Source: Parasynechococcus marenigrum WH 8102 (lineage in GTDB: Bacteria > Cyanobacteriota > Cyanobacteriia > PCC-6307 > Cyanobiaceae). Taken from it: 32,000 bases of DNA. The stretch lies in assembly GCF_000195975.1 (NCBI RefSeq), contig NC_005070.1:240001-272000 (forward strand). Reading direction: 5' to 3'. This document shows positions 28,186-32,000 of this stretch, in pieces. The notes below the pieces were generated by a model that did not search any database, was not told the DNA's origin, and was given only the letters and a program-made list of their open reading frames with translations. Numbering within the stretch: position 1 is the first letter of the stretch; each line of letters opens with the position of its first letter. Both the position numbers and the translations under genes were made by a program.

Positions 28186-31173
28186 ATGGGGCATGTCAGC
28201 GGTACCCGGGGCGACACCCCCCTCAAGGCAACACGAACGGAGTGGATTGAAACGTTTCGCAGCCGCTCGCGCCGTGATCTGCGCTCTGGTTGGAGGCGTT
28301 CCCACGCGCTGGAGCGCGAGCCATTCATCCTTGAGTCCTGGGGGAAGAACAACCGCCCTGACTGGGCTGCCCGTGGATTACTGATCTGGCCGCGGGGGCG
28401 TGCTTGGTTGCGGCTGGAGCAGACCGTGGTTCGGCCGGAGGCCTGGCCGGATGCAAGCCATCACCGGGCTCGGTTGTGCCTGAGCTGGTGGGCGGAGTCG
28501 GCACGTCTCTGGGTTGATGGGGTGCTGGTGCATCAAGGAGATCTATTCGACACCGCCTGTCGCTGGACGCTGCCGGAGGCTTTTCTTGCCGGACATGTTC
28601 ACAGGATTCAGCTGGAGCTCTGCAGTCCCCTCCATGACGACGGAGCGTTGATCAGCAGCTGGCTGGATCTCGAACCCAACCGTCCCGGCGAGGACCCGGC
28701 TGGGGTGTTGTTGCCAGAAGCTTTGCTATTGCACCTCGAGGCAGGAGGTGACTTGCCGTTCGGTTGGGAGCAGATGGATCCCAACAGTGAGGCGGCGCTT
28801 AAGGCGGTTGCGCAGCAGCTGAAAGCGCAGCCCACACCTCAGGGCGCTGTGCACTGGTTCGGCCATGCCCATCTGGATCTGGCCTGGCTCTGGACGGTGG
28901 CGGACACCTGGCAGGCGGCGGAGCGGACCTTTCGCTCCGCCCTCGCGCTGATGAAACGCTGGCCTGATCTTCGCTTCGCTCACTCCACGCCGGCGCTCTA
29001 TGCCTGGATGGAGCACCACAGACCCGAGCTGTTTTCAGCGATCTGCAAGGCCAGTCGGGCCGGCCGCTGGGAACCGATCAACGGCCCCTGGGTGGAGACG
29101 GATTGTGTGCTGGTGAGCACGGCGTCGCTTTGGCAGCAGTTCGCCATCGGTCAGGCCTACAGCCGCGAAATATTTCCCGAATGGCGCCATCACCTGGCCT
29201 GGCTGCCGGACAGCTTCGGGTTTGCAGCAGGCCTCCCTGCCGTCGCGCAGGCCACAGGTGTGCGCTGGTTCTGCACCCACAAGTTGGCTTGGAATGCCAG
29301 CAATTCATTCCCACATCGTTTGTTCCGGTGGCGCAGCCGCGGTGGGGGGGATGTGATGAGCCTGATGCTCCCCCCGATCGGACGGCGTGGGGATCCATCG
29401 GACATCCTCAAGGAGCAGCGCCGGTGGCAGCAATGCAGCGGTGTTTCGGAGTTGCTCTGGATCCCTGGGGTCGGCGACCACGGGGGCGGACCCACCGAGG
29501 AGATGCTGGAGCAGATGCAGCTGTGGGATCCGGAACCCTCGGCGCTGCCCAGGCAGGCGGGGTCACTGCGCCAGTACCTCGACAGGCTTGAGCCCATGGC
29601 AGGGCAGTTGCCGGTCTGGCGGGATGAGCTGTACCTCGAGCTGCATCGCGGCTGTGCCACCAGCCGTCCGGATCAGAAACGTCACAACCGCAGCCTGGAG
29701 CGCCTGCTGCGGGAGAGCGACACGGTGGCAGCGCTTCTTGCTTTCGCAGGCCGCCCATCCGTTGGCAGCGATTGGCGTCCACTGCTGTTTCAGCAATTCC
29801 ACGACATCCTTCCCGGAACCTCCATTCCGGAGGTGTTTGACCAGGCGGAGCCGATCTGGCGCCGGGCCCGCCGTCAAGCCCGGCATCAGCGTGATCAGGG
29901 CCTGCGTCAGTTGCTGGGTGTTGACTCTGGATCTGGTGCCAGCAGCACTTGGCTGTGGATGGGCTGGCAGCCACTGGCTCGCTGGTCTCCACTACTGAAA
30001 TTGCCGCATGGGGCCTGGCATACCGATGGTGCGGCGCTGCCACAGCAGCCCAGCGTGCAGGGCGGCACGTGGGTGCAGCTGCCCGAGCAGCGCGGGATCT
30101 GTTCTGTGGCGCTGAGCGATGGTCCTGTGGACAGCGGGGAGATCGCGCCCAGGCATCCGGTCAGCGTGGTGCAGGTGTCGCCAGAGATCTGGCGTGTCAG
30201 CAATGGCTTAGTGGAGTTTGAGTGCTCCCCTGTAGGGCTGTTGCAGCTGCGGGATGCTCAGGGGGTTGATCAGCTTTCGGCACCTTTGTGCCCCTGCCGT
30301 TACCGGGACCGGGGTGAGTTCTGGGATGCCTGGGACATCGCTGCGGAGTACCGGAGGCATCCGCTGGAGCTGGAGCCCGTCGGATCTGTTCAGCTGCTCG
30401 AGTCCGGTCCGCTGGTGGCCCAGCTCGTGGTGACCTATCGGGTGGGTGCCAGCCGGATGCGCCTGGATCTGCGCCTCAAAGCGGATTGCCCCTGGTTGGA
30501 GCTGATCGTGTCTGTGGACTGGTGTCAGCGCCATGAGCTGCTGCGGTTGGACATCCCCCTCGCATCAGCGGCGGTGCGTCTTGCGGCAGATACCAGTGGC
30601 GGGGTGATCGAACGGCCGGCGCATCCCCAGACGCCCCGTGAACAAGAGCGATGGGAAGTGCCGGCGATCTCCTGGCTGGCCTCTCAGGCCAAGGCTCCCG
30701 GCGGGGGCATTGCGGTTCTCTTGGATGGTCCGCAGGGGGTGGATGGGGCCACGGATCGATTGGGTGTTTCGCTGCTGCGTGGTGCCACCTGGCCGGATCC
30801 ATCGGCGGATCAGGGTCAGCAGCGGATGCGATTGGCGCTGATGCCGTTTCAAGGCAGCTGGGCCCATGCAGCGGTGCCCCAGGCAGCCATCGCCTTTCGC
30901 GAACCTGGCTGGCACGGACCGATCGCGGCAGGACAGCACCAGACATCGATGGGGACACGTTGCTGGTTGCCAGCGATTCCACGCTGGCTGTGTCCGATCG
31001 CTCTGCGCCCAGACGCCAACGGTGTGGTGCTGCAGCTGCTCAATCCCGGGGCTTCCCGGTGCCGCTGGCAGCCTGGAGCAGGCTGGAAAGTGGGACGATC
31101 GGTCGCCGCTGACGACTGGATCGAACTGGCACCAGGGGAACTGGTTGAGCTGCGGTTGGCTCAGTCCTCGTGA
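28186..31173 (+). CDS. Glycoside hydrolase family 38 (alpha-mannosidase-like)
   Basis: ORF of about 995 aa with GH38 motifs [19 protein letters not shown] and [15 protein letters not shown] at 28186 is preferred; in-frame alternatives at 28147 and 28135 would overlap psbI. Confidence 0.85.
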   Translation: MGHVSGTRGDTPLKATRTEWIETFRSRSRRDLRSGWRRSHALEREPFILESWGKNNRPDWAARGLLIWPRGRAWLRLEQTVVRPEAWPDASHHRARLCLSWWAESARLWVDGVLVHQGDLFDTACRWTLPEAFLAGHVHRIQLELCSPLHDDGALISSWLDLEPNRPGEDPAGVLLPEALLLHLEAGGDLPFGWEQMDPNSEAALKAVAQQLKAQPTPQGAVHWFGHAHLDLAWLWTVADTWQAAERTFRSALALMKRWPDLRFAHSTPALYAWMEHHRPELFSAICKASRAGRWEPINGPWVETDCVLVSTASLWQQFAIGQAYSREIFPEWRHHLAWLPDSFGFAAGLPAVAQATGVRWFCTHKLAWNASNSFPHRLFRWRSRGGGDVMSLMLPPIGRRGDPSDILKEQRRWQQCSGVSELLWIPGVGDHGGGPTEEMLEQMQLWDPEPSALPRQAGSLRQYLDRLEPMAGQLPVWRDELYLELHRGCATSRPDQKRHNRSLERLLRESDTVAALLAFAGRPSVGSDWRPLLFQQFHDILPGTSIPEVFDQAEPIWRRARRQARHQRDQGLRQLLGVDSGSGASSTWLWMGWQPLARWSPLLKLPHGAWHTDGAALPQQPSVQGGTWVQLPEQRGICSVALSDGPVDSGEIAPRHPVSVVQVSPEIWRVSNGLVEFECSPVGLLQLRDAQGVDQLSAPLCPCRYRDRGEFWDAWDIAAEYRRHPLELEPVGSVQLLESGPLVAQLVVTYRVGASRMRLDLRLKADCPWLELIVSVDWCQRHELLRLDIPLASAAVRLAADTSGGVIERPAHPQTPREQERWEVPAISWLASQAKAPGGGIAVLLDGPQGVDGATDRLGVSLLRGATWPDPSADQGQQRMRLALMPFQGSWAHAAVPQAAIAFREPGWHGPIAAGQHQTSMGTRCWLPAIPRWLCPIALRPDANGVVLQLLNPGASRCRWQPGAGWKVGRSVAADDWIELAPGELVELRLAQSS

Positions 31174-31301
31174 TCGTCGAAGGGATCATCCAGCGCCTTG
31201 GAGGGCGGACCGAAAGCCTGGTACACACCGAAACCGGTCATGCCGAGCAGAACGGCGAGCACTCCGATGGCAACGGAGAGGGCAGGGGACGACGTTTCCA
31301 T
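31161..31301 (-). CDS. psbN: Photosystem II protein N
   Basis: Hand translation gives [46 protein letters not shown] (46 aa). This matches the PsbN pattern ME..........G...Y.AFG.PS..L.DPF..H.D. Below the ORF-track cutoff. Confidence 0.9.
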   Translation of the reverse strand: METSSPALSVAIGVLAVLLGMTGFGVYQAFGPPSKALDDPFDDHED

Positions 31302-31387
31302 CACATCTCTCGACAGGACCGACCCCGAAACGGAATCGGCCCCTACAGTATCTAGACTTCAATTCACCCGAGACCCAAAGCGTCGCC

Positions 31388-31588
31388 ATGGCTCAGCGCA
31401 CCCGTCTGGGAGACCTTCTCCGCCCTCTGAACTCCGAGTACGGCAAGGTCGTTCCCGGCTGGGGAACAACGCCCGTGATGGGCATCTTCATGGTCTTGTT
31501 TCTCGTGTTCCTATTGGTAATTCTTCAGCTGTACAACAAGTCGCTGATCCTGGAAGGCATCAACGTCAACTGGAACGGTCTGGGTTGA
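31388..31588 (+). CDS. psbH: Photosystem II phosphoprotein H
   Basis: The last 66 aa of the 240-aa ORF read [66 protein letters not shown], a clear PsbH. It is divergent from psbN, as in other cyanobacteria and plastids. Confidence 0.95.
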   Translation: MAQRTRLGDLLRPLNSEYGKVVPGWGTTPVMGIFMVLFLVFLLVILQLYNKSLILEGINVNWNGLG

Positions 31589-31595
31589 TCGATCA

Positions 31596-31829
31596 ATGAA
31601 TGTTTTCGGCGTCGGCCTCCCCGAAATGGCGGTGATCGGCGCCGTTGCATTACTTGTGTTCGGTCCCAAGCGTTTGCCTGAGCTTGGCCGAACACTTGGA
31701 AAAACACTGAAGGGCTTTCAATCGGCCTCGAAGGAATTCGAGCGGGAAATCAACAAAGCCATGGCAGAGCCGGAACAGCTGCCTTCTTCTGATGTGGAAG
31801 CATCCAACGCGAAACCTTCCAACGACTGA
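31596..31829 (+). CDS. tatA: Twin-arginine translocase subunit TatA/E
   Basis: 77-aa ORF. N-terminal FGVGLPEMAVIGAVALLVFGPKRLPELGRTLGKTLKGF is the canonical TatA TM helix plus amphipathic helix. Confidence 0.9.
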   Translation: MNVFGVGLPEMAVIGAVALLVFGPKRLPELGRTLGKTLKGFQSASKEFEREINKAMAEPEQLPSSDVEASNAKPSND

Positions 31830-31835
31830 CTCTTG

Positions 31836-32000
31836 ATGGCCGATGTGCTCCGGCTGGTGGTCGGCCTGGGCAATCCAGGCACGAAGTATGAGGGAACCCG
31901 TCACAACATCGGCTTCATGGCATTGGAGCAGATGGCATCACGCGAGGGGTTCAGTTTTCGTCAGCAGAGCAAGTTGCATGGCTTGGTGGCGGAGCACGGC
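31836..32000 (+). CDS. pth: Peptidyl-tRNA hydrolase (5' partial, runs off the window)
   Basis: ATG at 31836. Translation [28 protein letters not shown] matches the Pth N-terminal signature GLGNPGxxYxxTRHNxGF. Confidence 0.9.
   Translation, partial: MADVLRLVVGLGNPGTKYEGTRHNIGFMALEQMASREGFSFRQQSKLHGLVAEHG

Noticed and set aside
27676-28305. A 209-aa minus-strand ORF spanning the LptD-like start, the spacer and psbI in another frame. Also the 107-aa ORF at 28029-28352.
   Set aside because: The translation is Arg-rich and low-complexity. Only the last 39 codons of the 107-aa frame match a real protein (PsbI), starting from its own ATG.
30866-31387. Upstream part of the 240-aa ORF that ends as psbH.
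   Set aside because: It overlaps the GH38 3' end and psbN. Only the terminal 66 aa match PsbH, which has its own ATG at 31388.

Overview
This GC-rich window has the gene content and order of the conserved core genome of a marine picocyanobacterium (Synechococcus subcluster 5.1-like; this attribution is from memory and was not searched). I support about 34 protein-coding genes, one tRNA, two clear intrinsic terminators and one candidate NtcA site.

The genes are mostly housekeeping:
- Purine, amino acid and isoprenoid metabolism: purH, glyA, leuC/leuD, ispH.
- tRNA and translation: tgt, pth.
- Cobalamin, envelope and transport: cobS, murJ, amt1, tatA, sfsA, cinA.
- Four photosystem II small-subunit genes (psbK, psbI, psbN, psbH) fall below the ORF-track size cutoff or are hidden inside longer spurious ORFs. 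I recovered them by hand translation.
- Carbohydrate-active genes with no obvious substrate: a roughly 1060-aa GH15/phosphorylase-kinase-like protein, a GH38 alpha-mannosidase-like protein, a Gfo/Idh/MocA oxidoreductase, a TagA-family transferase and a WecA/MraY-like transferase.
- An LptD/OstA-like outer-membrane protein, a secreted pentapeptide-repeat protein, an orphan histidine kinase and several small conserved hypotheticals.

I saw no rRNA, CRISPR array, transposase, integrase, phage gene, toxin-antitoxin pair or defence-island signature, and no compositional island. I found no convincing novel multi-gene system. The best leads, all of modest interest, are:
- A 333-nt hairpin-dense leader or possible ncRNA at 8252-8584.
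- The GH38 gene, which overlaps psbI and psbN at its two ends.
- The unusual use of TTG start codons on well-conserved genes.
- The three-gene operon of small unknown proteins at 17626-18508.

The many long ORFs antisense to real genes are artefacts of high GC content.
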